A stretch of 44,571 bases of DNA from a virus (lineage: Duplodnaviria; Caudoviricetes). How positions within the stretch are numbered: position 1 is the first letter of the stretch; each line of letters starts with the position of its first letter. The position numbers were made by a program, and so were the translations under genes. The notes beneath the pieces were generated by a model. It did no database searches, had not been told where the DNA came from, and saw only the letters and a program-made list of their open reading frames with translations. Where the stretch lies: the IMG/VR virus record IMGVR_UViG_3300010358_000001, positions 1 through 44,571 of that record; one strand, 5' to 3'. This document shows positions 8,621 to 17,341 of this stretch, in pieces.

Positions 8621-9601
8621 CTACTTCGTGAGCATCAGCCCGAGAGAGTTGTAGCGGCGTCCCGCGCGCGCGTCCTTCAGCGCCTGCTGGTACACCTTCG
8701 GCCCCCAGCCCGTCACCTTGCTTGCGCCGCCGCCGCCGCCACCACCGCCGCCGCCCTGGTTGTTGGGGTTCTGCGAAGCAGTCTGTGCGGCCTGCGCCTT
8801 CTTGAACAGGTAGTCGGCGATCTGCTGGTTGTACGCGTTGCCGAGCCCGGCGAACTGCTGCGCCAGCGACTGCCGCATGGTCGCCTCGTTCTGCAGCCGG
8901 TTGCGGTTCATCTCACCCTCCTGGGCGAGGCGCGCAGAGCCGTAGTACAGGTTGTTCATGATGTTGTTGGAGCGCTCCGTGCGCAGCCCCTGCTTGTACT
9001 GGTGCAGCGCGTTGCCCAGCCAGCCCGCCGTGTTCTCTGTGATCTGCGCCTCCGGGGTCAGCGAGTTGTAGAAGGCGTTGAGGTTGGGGTTCGTGCCCAG
9101 GTAGCCGCGGAACTGCGCGTTGCCGACGATTGGATCCAAGATGGAGTGCGCCAGCTCGCGCGAGCCGAAGCCGAGCAGCAGATTCTCCAGGCCGCCGAGA
9201 TAGCCGGATGCAGCACCCTGCTCGCCCTGGTTGATCGCCGCCACCGCCGCCAGATACGTGGGATCGTTCTGCCACGCGGGCGTCTGCGATGTCGACGTCC
9301 CCGGCGTACTGCTCACGCCAGCCACCGGCGGTGCGCCCGGAGGCCACGGACCGCTGCCCGGCAGGTTGCCACCAGCACCGCCCGTGCCCGGCCCCCACGG
9401 GCCTACGTTCGGCACGGTGAACTGCGACATCGGCTTCGGCGCAGTCGACCCCGTGAGCATCCCCGCCAGCCTCGGAGCGTGCACCGTCGGCGGCTTCGAC
9501 GCCTGGCGCAACGCGAACGCGCTCAAGGCGCCGGGAGTGGTCGCCCCCACCCCCGGCTGGTAGCGGCGGTACTGGGTTGCGTACCCCGCGTAGCTCGACA
9601 T
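8621..9601 (-). CDS. Putative internal virion/ejection protein
   Basis: 326 aa, Gln/Asn/Gly-rich; synteny. Confidence 0.55.
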   Translation of the reverse strand: MSSYAGYATQYRRYQPGVGATTPGALSAFALRQASKPPTVHAPRLAGMLTGSTAPKPMSQFTVPNVGPWGPGTGGAGGNLPGSGPWPPGAPPVAGVSSTPGTSTSQTPAWQNDPTYLAAVAAINQGEQGAASGYLGGLENLLLGFGSRELAHSILDPIVGNAQFRGYLGTNPNLNAFYNSLTPEAQITENTAGWLGNALHQYKQGLRTERSNNIMNNLYYGSARLAQEGEMNRNRLQNEATMRQSLAQQFAGLGNAYNQQIADYLFKKAQAAQTASQNPNNQGGGGGGGGGGASKVTGWGPKVYQQALKDARAGRRYNSLGLMLTK

Positions 9602-10368
9602 CAGCCCACCCGAATCGGCATCACGGAGATCGTCCGGGACGCCCAGTGGGGGCCGCCGCCCACTGACTTGTACTGCAGCTTGAGCACCGTGCCGCTGGTC
9701 AGCCCCGTCTTGCGATACACGCGCGAGGAGCCGATTCCCTGGTTCGTGCTCGGACCGCAGCCAGTGTTGGAGAAGCAGTCAGCGTCGACGGTGGTCAACG
9801 TTCCGACCTTCAGCGCGGTGACCATGTTCTGCCCCGCGTTCAGCGAGTTCCAGCCTGTGCTTCCCGCCCGGATCTCAAAGTCTCCGCCTACCGGCAGCGT
9901 GACCTGCGGGCCGACGGTGGCGAGGTCGACGTAGCCTGTTCCCGCAGTCGCCGTCTGGTCGGTCAGCACCTCCGCATACAGCGGCGAGCCGCCGATGTTG
10001 CACCACTTGCCGATCGCCTGCACGTAGATCAGCTGCCACGTGAAGGCGGGGTTCGCCACGTTGTCGCAGAAGACGACGAACTGGCCGTCGCTGGGGGCAC
10101 CGGGCAGCACGGAGACGAGAGAGACACCCCCGGTGCCCCCGCCGGTGCCGGACGGCGCCCACTGCGTGCCGTCCCACGCGAGCGTCTGTCCTGTTGCGGC
10201 ACCATCCTGTTTCAGCCTGTTCGGCGTGATCGCCTGCGCAGCCACGTTGGAGTCGTCGATGCCGCCGTTGACGAGACTCTCGATCGTCGTGAAGCCGTTG
10301 GAAATCTGGTTCGCATCAGCCAGCGTGTTAGGAATCGGCTTGGCGAGCGTGAGATCAAGCAGGCTCAA
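9601..10368 (-). CDS. Tail fibre/spike-like protein
   Basis: GAATGQTLAWDGTQWAP fibre-type motif; beta-rich C-terminus. Confidence 0.55.
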   Translation of the reverse strand: MSLLDLTLAKPIPNTLADANQISNGFTTIESLVNGGIDDSNVAAQAITPNRLKQDGAATGQTLAWDGTQWAPSGTGGGTGGVSLVSVLPGAPSDGQFVVFCDNVANPAFTWQLIYVQAIGKWCNIGGSPLYAEVLTDQTATAGTGYVDLATVGPQVTLPVGGDFEIRAGSTGWNSLNAGQNMVTALKVGTLTTVDADCFSNTGCGPSTNQGIGSSRVYRKTGLTSGTVLKLQYKSVGGGPHWASRTISVMPIRVG

Positions 10369-11951
10369 GACAACCCCAGCTGGAAGAGATCGAAGCGGAG
10401 CCCGTACACAGCGAACGCACCGACTTCTGAGGCGGCCCCATCGCCGAGCAGCTTAGGAGCCACCGCGGACGTTGAACCTATTTGCTGAAGCTGCACCGCC
10501 ACCGATTTGCCGAACCCCAGGCTGTACACGTCGGAGATGTACTCGTAGACGGTGGGTCCCCACGACGCCTGGTTCCACTTGTCGACGTTCCACGTCATGT
10601 CGACCTGGCCCTGCGAGGGGATCGAGTACTGCTGCCCGATTCCCGTCTGGTAATCGACCTTCACGTGCAGATCGAAGCTGCCTCGGCCCTCCACGCGTAG
10701 CCGCCTGTACCTACAGGTGATCGCCGCCGCCGGGAGGAACCACTTGGACTGCCAACGGCAGGTGATCGGCGTCCCCATGTCGGAGCCGCCCTTGTACATC
10801 TGCACGATGAACGGCTGGCCGGGAGCACCGGCGATCAGCTGGTCGTCGAAGATGTCGATCACCGTGAACGAGGTACCCGCGCACGTGGATGGCGCGAACC
10901 AGCCGATCGTCGGGTGGTACTCCAGCGTCAGGTTGTTGATCGTCGACCCCGCTCGCGGCATGGAGAACACCACCCGGTCGCGGTAGTTCCCCGCACACAC
11001 CTGACTCAGGTGCTGGTAGTTCAGCTGGTTGGGGCGGAATAGCGGTTCCAATTTCCCCGAGGCAAGCACCGGCTCTTTCACCCCGTCGGTGATGTAGATG
11101 CCGCGCTCCCCCATGAAGCAGATCTGGCCGGTGCGCGCCGTCGTCACCGCCTGCGGCCCGCACGCCCCCGCCGACGTGGACATCGTGGTGTATTGACCGT
11201 CGATGTGGAAGATGCGGTGCACGGAATGCTCCTTGAAGACGAGCAGCCCGGGGCGCCCCATCGTGTCCATGCCCTGTCCGGCGCCGAGGCACAGCACCGG
11301 CATGTCGTCCTTCTCCTTGATGTCGATGAAGATCCCGTTGTCCACGTCGTCGACCGTGGTGCCGATCGTCCACTTCGTGGGGTCCTGGAACGCGGAGCGC
11401 CACACCCGCGACGTGGGGCCACCCGACGCCCAGCAGAAGCCCTGCCACACCGCCAGCGTGTTGCCCTTCGGCGGCGTGTCTGCGTCGACTGCCGTGACCG
11501 CTGCGAACGCCGTGCCGTTGTACGTGAACAGCCCGTCGACGGGGTGGATCACGACGAGCAGCGGCGGCCCCGACGTGTAGGCGTTCACCGTCGGCCCCGT
11601 GGTGGTGGGAACGTGCACCACGAACGCCATGTCGGCCATGCCCACCATCGCCGTCGTGGTGAACGTGTGGACCGTCGTGAACGTCGCGAAGTCGGTGGTC
11701 TTCAGCAAGTCCGCGCCGATCTGCACGAACGTGGTCTGCGTCGTCGCCTGGTAGAACAGCCGCTTCACCGGCCCTGACAGCGTCCCCGTGTTCTTCTGCG
11801 CGCAGCCCAGGCGTTTGATCACGCCGCCGCGCTCGTCGAAGGTGACGTTGATCAGGTCCGGCGACTCGTTGTTCGCCAGCTCCGAGGGTGCGTCACGGGC
11901 GTTCCACCCACCCGAGAAGTCGGTGACATGGAAGGCGAGCCCCTTACCCAC
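10365..11951 (-). CDS. Tail nozzle / DNA stabilisation protein (tail tubular B-like)
   Basis: 528 aa; DFSGGWN...N ESPDLINV...G...KRLG N-terminus; beta-propeller-like composition; synteny. Confidence 0.7.
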   Translation of the reverse strand: MGKGLAFHVTDFSGGWNARDAPSELANNESPDLINVTFDERGGVIKRLGCAQKNTGTLSGPVKRLFYQATTQTTFVQIGADLLKTTDFATFTTVHTFTTTAMVGMADMAFVVHVPTTTGPTVNAYTSGPPLLVVIHPVDGLFTYNGTAFAAVTAVDADTPPKGNTLAVWQGFCWASGGPTSRVWRSAFQDPTKWTIGTTVDDVDNGIFIDIKEKDDMPVLCLGAGQGMDTMGRPGLLVFKEHSVHRIFHIDGQYTTMSTSAGACGPQAVTTARTGQICFMGERGIYITDGVKEPVLASGKLEPLFRPNQLNYQHLSQVCAGNYRDRVVFSMPRAGSTINNLTLEYHPTIGWFAPSTCAGTSFTVIDIFDDQLIAGAPGQPFIVQMYKGGSDMGTPITCRWQSKWFLPAAAITCRYRRLRVEGRGSFDLHVKVDYQTGIGQQYSIPSQGQVDMTWNVDKWNQASWGPTVYEYISDVYSLGFGKSVAVQLQQIGSTSAVAPKLLGDGAASEVGAFAVYGLRFDLFQLGLS

Positions 11952-12624
11952 CGCGCGGCCCCACGTTCCACGGAGCGCCGTACTGCTGGTTGACGGCTAC
12001 GTCGCCCGGGAGAAGCGACGCGGCCATCAGCTGCAGCCCCTGCTGCACCTCCTGTTCCAGGGCTGGGAAGGAATCGTCGTTCTCCATCTTCAGTCCCGTC
12101 GCCATCGCCGCGGCGACGATCAGGTAGCACCACTCGTCCGGCCACGCGGGCACGTCGGAGTCGTTGACCATCGGCCCCACCTTGTAGACGCCCCCTTCGT
12201 AGTGGCCGAGCTTGCGCTCGTAGACGATGGTCAACGACGTTCCGGCGAGGTCGGGAGCGAAGAACGGAACGAGCGTCATCGCGGTCGGCACGTCGGAGTT
12301 CAGCACCGTGTAGTTGTTCACGGGGGCGCCACTTGAGTTGTTCGCCACGTAGGAGAGGAAGAACTCCTTGGGCCCCATGTACTCCACCGGCGAGCCGTCC
12401 GTGGTGTTCTGCACCGAGATCGCTCGCTGCAAATCAGCGGGCCACACGCCCTGCCCGGAGCCGGTGACGATCTGGTCGGAGACCAACACGGCGTTGCGCC
12501 ACGGCCACGCTGCCGAGCCCCAGAGCTGTGCATAACGGAGATTCAGCCAGCGACGCACAGACCCTTGCAGGTTGTTGTTGAACCTGAAGCTAATGACCTC
12601 CTTCTGCATGTCGCTGAAGATCAT
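11944..12624 (-). CDS. Head-tail adaptor (tail tubular A-like)
   Basis: WLN..Y..LW....WPW and DSDVPAWPDEW.YLIV motifs; lies between capsid and nozzle. Confidence 0.7.
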   Translation of the reverse strand: MIFSDMQKEVISFRFNNNLQGSVRRWLNLRYAQLWGSAAWPWRNAVLVSDQIVTGSGQGVWPADLQRAISVQNTTDGSPVEYMGPKEFFLSYVANNSSGAPVNNYTVLNSDVPTAMTLVPFFAPDLAGTSLTIVYERKLGHYEGGVYKVGPMVNDSDVPAWPDEWCYLIVAAAMATGLKMENDDSFPALEQEVQQGLQLMAASLLPGDVAVNQQYGAPWNVGPRGG

Positions 12625-12753
12625 GTTTGCTCGTCCATACCTGCAAATAGGGCGTTTCTTTCGCAACGGCACGGATCTGCCGATGCACCGCGTTTGCTAC
12701 TTCGGAGAAATGATCTGGCGAAATCCAAACGTGAATCTCCAGCTTCTCCGGCT

Positions 12754-13218
12754 TTACACGTTTTCGCCGCGATTCCGCTGCTTGTCTCTGCTCATCCTCA
12801 AGGCGACTCCGCGTGGCGGAAGCGTCTTCCGCGGGCGCAAAACACGAGGGAGCATATCCCCAGCGACTTCGAAATACCCGGCTTCGGCGTCGCGCGTATG
12901 CCGTTCCTCCAGCAGCTTGTTCGCCCTCACTACTTCCGCTGCGACCGTCCACCCCAGCCCCTCCTTGCGTTTCAGGTCGTCGACGATCGCCCACCCCAGC
13001 TCCCGAGGTGAGCCGTCTGCCTCTCGCCAGTCTGTGACCAGCAGCGGGTACTGATCACCGCGCGAGTATTTCACAGTCCAGAACACCCCCGAGGTGGGGC
13101 TGAATTCGGGATCCAGGAACAGCTCGGGGTCGAGGCGCTTCAGCGCCTTGTCGATCGTGTCCTTCTCCGGACCGTGGCTGACGAGGGTGAAGCCCCCGTA
13201 CTGCTCAACGCGGAGCAC
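12754..13218 (-). CDS. Hypothetical protein (head module)
   Basis: 154-aa ORF in the operon. Confidence 0.6.
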   Translation of the reverse strand: MLRVEQYGGFTLVSHGPEKDTIDKALKRLDPELFLDPEFSPTSGVFWTVKYSRGDQYPLLVTDWREADGSPRELGWAIVDDLKRKEGLGWTVAAEVVRANKLLEERHTRDAEAGYFEVAGDMLPRVLRPRKTLPPRGVALRMSRDKQRNRGENV

Positions 13219-13411
13219 TGTAGACGCCCCGCTTCTTCAGCCTCTGCTTGAGCTTCCGCTTCGACGGAGCCCTCGACCCGTTCGACGTGGCAACCCCTTC
13301 GTGCACGTAGCGGGGCAGCGGGCCCTTGTTGTCGAAGTGGTGCTGCTTGGCGAACGCCTTGCCGAACTTGGCGAAGATGAACGCTCTCTGCGCTTGGCTG
13401 ACGGCGGGCAT
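13205..13411 (-). CDS. Small basic hypothetical protein
   Basis: MPAVSQAQRAF...LP..V pattern typical of small phage head-region proteins. Confidence 0.6.
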   Translation of the reverse strand: MPAVSQAQRAFIFAKFGKAFAKQHHFDNKGPLPRYVHEGVATSNGSRAPSKRKLKQRLKKRGVYSAPR

Positions 13412-13426
13412 CGGGAGGGAAGATAC

Positions 13427-13458
13427 GCGGGGGGCCGGACGAAGCCGACCCCCCTCGC
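13427..13458 (-). terminator. Stem-loop after the major capsid gene
   Basis: GCGAGGGGGGTCGG-CTTCGT-CCGGCCCCCCGC on the minus strand. Confidence 0.55.
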
Positions 13459-13471
13459 TGGACGTTTCCCT

Positions 13472-14800
13472 TTACGGAGCCTGGTTGAGGTTGCCGACCT
13501 TCACGAAGCTGTTGCAGCGGGTGAAGCCGAACTGCACCATCCACACCAGCCACGCCTCCACCGGCAGGGTGCGCGCCGCGAAGCGCTGGAACATGGAGCC
13601 CGTCTGGTTGTCCCAGTCCGGCCCCGCGTCGAGCGTGTACAGCGCGCAGTCCTCGCGGCTGATCCCGTACGCGGTGGACGCGGGCATGTCGAACTCCGGA
13701 ACGAGCAGCTTGTTGCGGTAGCGCACTCCGGTCCATCCGGTCTCCAGCGTGCCCGCGTCACCGGCCCACCGCGCAGACGTGGTGAGACCCTGCGAGAACT
13801 TGTCGATCACCGCCGGGTCGCACAGGTAGAAGTCCGGCGGCGTGCCGCTGTTGATCGCGGCCAGGCGCTCCGCCCGGTCGAACGTGGAGAGCCCCGGGTC
13901 GGTTGCCACGCCCGGCGACGCGTCGGTGCCCTGCCACTGGGAGACCGACGACTTGTCGATGCCCTCGAAGATGCCCGTGGTGGCAACGGCGGAGCCCAGC
14001 CCCTGCAGGCCGTAGTTGTTGCTCGGCTGCGCCTGGTTTGCGCCACCGGCGTTCCAGTAGCCGCCGCCCTCGACGTAGATGCCCTCCGACGTGGAGAACG
14101 TGATCGAGGATCCCGAGTCACCGCCGAAGCCCGCCGAGGAGAACGTGATCGCGCCTGTGGTGCGGTTCACCGAGGCGATCTTGCGCGACGCGCCACCCGT
14201 GGTCAGCACGCCCGTCGCCTTCGTGCGGATGTCGACGATGCGGCCCGGGTACAGCTGGTAGAAGTTCGCCGTCGCGGGGACGGTGATCACCAACGTGCCC
14301 GTGGTGCCCGACGCGATGTCGGTGAGCTTTCCGACATCACCCGCTGACGGTCCGCCGCCGCACATCTCCTCGTTCATGAAGCGGCCGATCGCGTCCTCGG
14401 CCATGCGCATCTTGGTGGGCAGCACCTGCGCCCACGACGTGTCGTCCACCTTCGCCTGCTGGATCACCTGCGTGGAGAACGACACCGCGTGGGTGACGAT
14501 CGCCGTCTTGATGTTGGCCTGCGTGTCGTCGATGTTGTGCGGCAGGTTCAGCGTCCCGATTTCAGACGGAGGCGCCGTCTGACCGATGCCCGCGAGCATC
14601 TGGCCGCCGATCGTGCCGGTGCCCTGCTGCGGCGCGAGGATGATCGGAATCGTGATCTGCTTTCCCGCCCAGCGACGGGCGTTGCCGTCGCGCTTGACCT
14701 CGGAAAGCAGAACCGTCTTCCAACGCAGCGCCTCGACCAGCGGGCCCTTCATCTCCCGAAGGAGGTTTGCCCATGTGGTGCTGGTTTCTACGTCAGCCAT
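13472..14800 (-). CDS. Major capsid protein
   Basis: ATG after GAAAGGA; 442 aa; follows the scaffold; GLQGL...G.FEGID.S....W motif. Confidence 0.8.
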   Translation of the reverse strand: MADVETSTTWANLLREMKGPLVEALRWKTVLLSEVKRDGNARRWAGKQITIPIILAPQQGTGTIGGQMLAGIGQTAPPSEIGTLNLPHNIDDTQANIKTAIVTHAVSFSTQVIQQAKVDDTSWAQVLPTKMRMAEDAIGRFMNEEMCGGGPSAGDVGKLTDIASGTTGTLVITVPATANFYQLYPGRIVDIRTKATGVLTTGGASRKIASVNRTTGAITFSSAGFGGDSGSSITFSTSEGIYVEGGGYWNAGGANQAQPSNNYGLQGLGSAVATTGIFEGIDKSSVSQWQGTDASPGVATDPGLSTFDRAERLAAINSGTPPDFYLCDPAVIDKFSQGLTTSARWAGDAGTLETGWTGVRYRNKLLVPEFDMPASTAYGISREDCALYTLDAGPDWDNQTGSMFQRFAARTLPVEAWLVWMVQFGFTRCNSFVKVGNLNQAP

Positions 14801-14813
14801 TGTCCGGTTCCTT

Positions 14814-15509
14814 TCACTGGGGCTGGAGATCCCGATTCTGGAAATACTCCTGCGCCAACCGTTCGTAGCGGTCTGGCCCCCGCGGCATCGGCCTGACCTC
14901 GGCCGCCGAACCCTGCCCTGCCGCGGGCTCCACGGGAGCAGCGGCGACCGCCTTCCGCTTCTCCTCGTACTCGCGAATCGCCGCCTCGCGAATCTCTTTC
15001 TCGAAAGCAACCTGGTCCGTCGCCGCCTGGCGCAGCGCCTGCTCCGGGTCGTAACCCTGCTCCATGTACTGCACGGCGGAGAGCACCGCGCGGTCGTGGT
15101 TGAACGGCCCCAGTTCCTGGCCGAGCCCGTCCAGCGCGGTGCGCGCCAGTTGCTCGCCCTGTGACTGCGCGACCTGGCCGAGCAGTGGCTCCCAGGGGCC
15201 CAGCGCATCCTGGATCTGCTGGCCGATGTAGCCCTGCAGCTCCTGCTGCTGCTGCTGCTCGTAGGCGGCGCGCTCGGGGTCGAACGTGGGGTCGTACTGC
15301 TGCTGGTAGTAGTAACCCTGCTGGTCCTCGTCGTCGGGCTCGTTCATCACCTGCGCAAGCTGGTTGAGGATCGGACCAGCCTGCTGCACGAAGGAGTCCA
15401 TGTTCTGGTACCACTCCTTCTCCGGCGCAGACCACGCGTCGGCCTCCGGTTGGGCCTGCTGCTGCTCGTAATCGCCCGACTCGTAGCCGACGCCCTCTTC
15501 CTCAGCCAT
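14814..15509 (-). CDS. Capsid scaffolding protein
   Basis: Acidic, Gln-rich and helical; AGGAGG RBS; immediately before the capsid gene. Confidence 0.7.
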   Translation of the reverse strand: MAEEEGVGYESGDYEQQQAQPEADAWSAPEKEWYQNMDSFVQQAGPILNQLAQVMNEPDDEDQQGYYYQQQYDPTFDPERAAYEQQQQQELQGYIGQQIQDALGPWEPLLGQVAQSQGEQLARTALDGLGQELGPFNHDRAVLSAVQYMEQGYDPEQALRQAATDQVAFEKEIREAAIREYEEKRKAVAAAPVEPAAGQGSAAEVRPMPRGPDRYERLAQEYFQNRDLQPQ

Positions 15510-15518
15510 CCAATCCTC

Positions 15519-16034
15519 CTATCGCAAGAGATTCTGTGCGTTACGCTGCACCATCGCGGGCAGCACGTAGCGCAGGTAGTAGCGCGGGTCCTGGTACCCG
15601 GCCGCGCGCGAGGCGTCGGCGAACCGGCCGCTCACGCCGCGATACCCGGCGGCGAGGTTGGGGTTCTGGTTCGCCGCGCGGATCTGCGCCTGCAGCTCCG
15701 GCGGCAGCGCGGAGATCACCGCCATCATCTGGTTCAGTCGCATCCGTGCATAACGCATCGCTGCATTACGCGCCGCGTTCTGCATGGCCGCGTCGGGGAT
15801 GTTGGAGATCAGCCCCTGCGGCGGCTTGCGATACGCCCCCAGCGTGGGTTGCGTGCCCTGGTACACGACAGGAGGGCGACCGTACCCTCCTGGCACCGGC
15901 TGGGCGGGAGGGGGAGGTGCCGCTGTGGGCGGTGGAGGGACGGCCAGCCCATAGGCCCCCAGCGGGGGCACCATGCCGCCACGTCTGCGCTGGCGCACCG
16001 GGTGCGCGGGCGCGTACGGATCGACCATCTGCAC
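15519..16034 (-). CDS. Pro/Arg-rich hypothetical protein
   Basis: 171-aa ORF coupled to its neighbours. Confidence 0.55.
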   Translation of the reverse strand: MQMVDPYAPAHPVRQRRRGGMVPPLGAYGLAVPPPPTAAPPPPAQPVPGGYGRPPVVYQGTQPTLGAYRKPPQGLISNIPDAAMQNAARNAAMRYARMRLNQMMAVISALPPELQAQIRAANQNPNLAAGYRGVSGRFADASRAAGYQDPRYYLRYVLPAMVQRNAQNLLR

Positions 16035-16297
16035 TACTTACCTCCGGCGGCTTTGCCCGCGGCTTCGTACGTGTCGATTCCGAAGCGCTTCGCGGCGGCG
16101 TAGATGGCCGACCGCACCTTCGACAGGTTGCCCGACGAATAGCGTGACGCGTTGCTGCCCTTGTTGATGTAGGAGAGAGCGGCACGCACGTGCGCCTCGG
16201 TGTCGATCGGGTAGCGCTTCTTGCCGTCCGCCTGATACCCGGGGTCGGCGTAGCGCACGTTCCCGTACGGCGCCTTAGGAGTGGCAGTGGCGGCCAC
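16034..16297 (-). CDS. Small head-module protein (DUF6582-like)
   Basis: YADPGYQADGKKRYPIDTEAHVRAALSYIN motif, recognised from actinophage head proteins; start uncertain. Confidence 0.65.
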   Translation of the reverse strand: MAATATPKAPYGNVRYADPGYQADGKKRYPIDTEAHVRAALSYINKGSNASRYSSGNLSKVRSAIYAAAKRFGIDTYEAAGKAAGGK

Positions 16298-16331
16298 GGC
16301 TGAATCGTGAATTAGCGGTCGGACAGCACGG

Positions 16332-16652
16332 CTAGTTGTCCACGAATCCGCGCACCCAGCCCTGCACGCCACCGCCCGTGGTGACCAGGCCGAGCGACTG
16401 CCCCGCCGTGTTCGTGCTCAGGATCGGTGTGTTGCCGTCCGGAGAGGTGACCACGAAGCCGGTGTTGGCAGCCAGCGGGATCGGTCCCGTGAGGTCGGTG
16501 CCGCCCTCCTGGAACTTCACGGTCCCGGCGGTGCCCATCACCAACACGATGGTGGTCACGTACACCTTCGACCCGGCGGCCCCGGCGAACATCGTGAGCG
16601 AGCCCGCCCCGCCCTGCGCGATCGAGACCTGCGGTGTGGTTCTTCCAATCAT
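16332..16652 (-). CDS. Small beta-rich putative structural protein
   Basis: 106 aa, Gly/Thr/Val-rich; coupled to the upstream gene. Confidence 0.55.
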   Translation of the reverse strand: MIGRTTPQVSIAQGGAGSLTMFAGAAGSKVYVTTIVLVMGTAGTVKFQEGGTDLTGPIPLAANTGFVVTSPDGNTPILSTNTAGQSLGLVTTGGGVQGWVRGFVDN

Positions 16653-17341
16653 CAGCCCACTCCTGTCAGCATTCGCACCCCCGTCGAGGCAGGGATGAGT
16701 CCGGTGTTGTAATGCGCTTGCACTCTTGCCTGAGTAAGCGCCGTAGGGTAGATCGCCACCTCGTCCATGAGCACACTGGTGACAGGATTAGCTCCATTAT
16801 CATTTCCAAGAGCAAGCCAATACGCCGTGTTCGTACATGTCGAGTTTGTAACTGTTCCCGTAACATCCACTCCGTCTACATAGACCTTGACTGCCGCTCC
16901 ATTTTTTGTCACCACACAGTGGTGGACATTTTGATCAATGGTGATCGTGGATGCTGCAAGAACCGCTGTTGATGCCCGAACGGCACACAGGTTGTTGTTC
17001 TGGAGGTACATCCCGTATCCACCATTGGGTTTGCTCACAAGATATTGGGCTTGGGTGGCCTGGTCACCTCGTTTGATCCACGCCTCAATTGACCATATGT
17101 CTCCAAGGTCGGTCGTGGCGCTTGTTCCACCCATTCCTGCCGCAGAGGTTGGACTCACTTGCAGAGATCCATCGGGGTTACCCGGCACCAAACTTGGTTG
17201 CGCCCTGACTGGGCTCGTTCCTGCTGCCGACATGTTGTTTCCGTGGCCGGTTAGGTCGGGGAAATTTCCAACAGCTTCTCCAAGATGCCAGAACGCAGCA
17301 GGCGAATCCGCTAGCACCGCTGTCTCGTACGCGGTTGCCAC
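16652..17341 (-). CDS. LamG / concanavalin-A-like domain protein
   Basis: Y..AVLADSP.AFW.LGE, WSIEAWIK, HH.VVT..G..VKVYVDG, MDEVAIY..ALT...V.AHY. Confidence 0.85.
   Translation of the reverse strand: MATAYETAVLADSPAAFWHLGEAVGNFPDLTGHGNNMSAAGTSPVRAQPSLVPGNPDGSLQVSPTSAAGMGGTSATTDLGDIWSIEAWIKRGDQATQAQYLVSKPNGGYGMYLQNNNLCAVRASTAVLAASTITIDQNVHHCVVTKNGAAVKVYVDGVDVTGTVTNSTCTNTAYWLALGNDNGANPVTSVLMDEVAIYPTALTQARVQAHYNTGLIPASTGVRMLTGVG

Noticed and set aside
8618-8623. TAG readthrough or recoding joining in-frame genes (also at 19635 and 30477)
   Set aside because: Each stop is followed directly by a start codon, consistent with translational coupling; conserved genes are not interrupted by TAG
3587-9934. 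2115-aa plus-strand ORF
   Set aside because: Antisense shadow of three same-frame high-GC genes; Arg-rich, unprotein-like composition; no RBS
12590-12760. Possible -1 frameshift extension of 12754..13218
   Set aside because: No canonical slippery heptamer, and the extension has no recognisable motif
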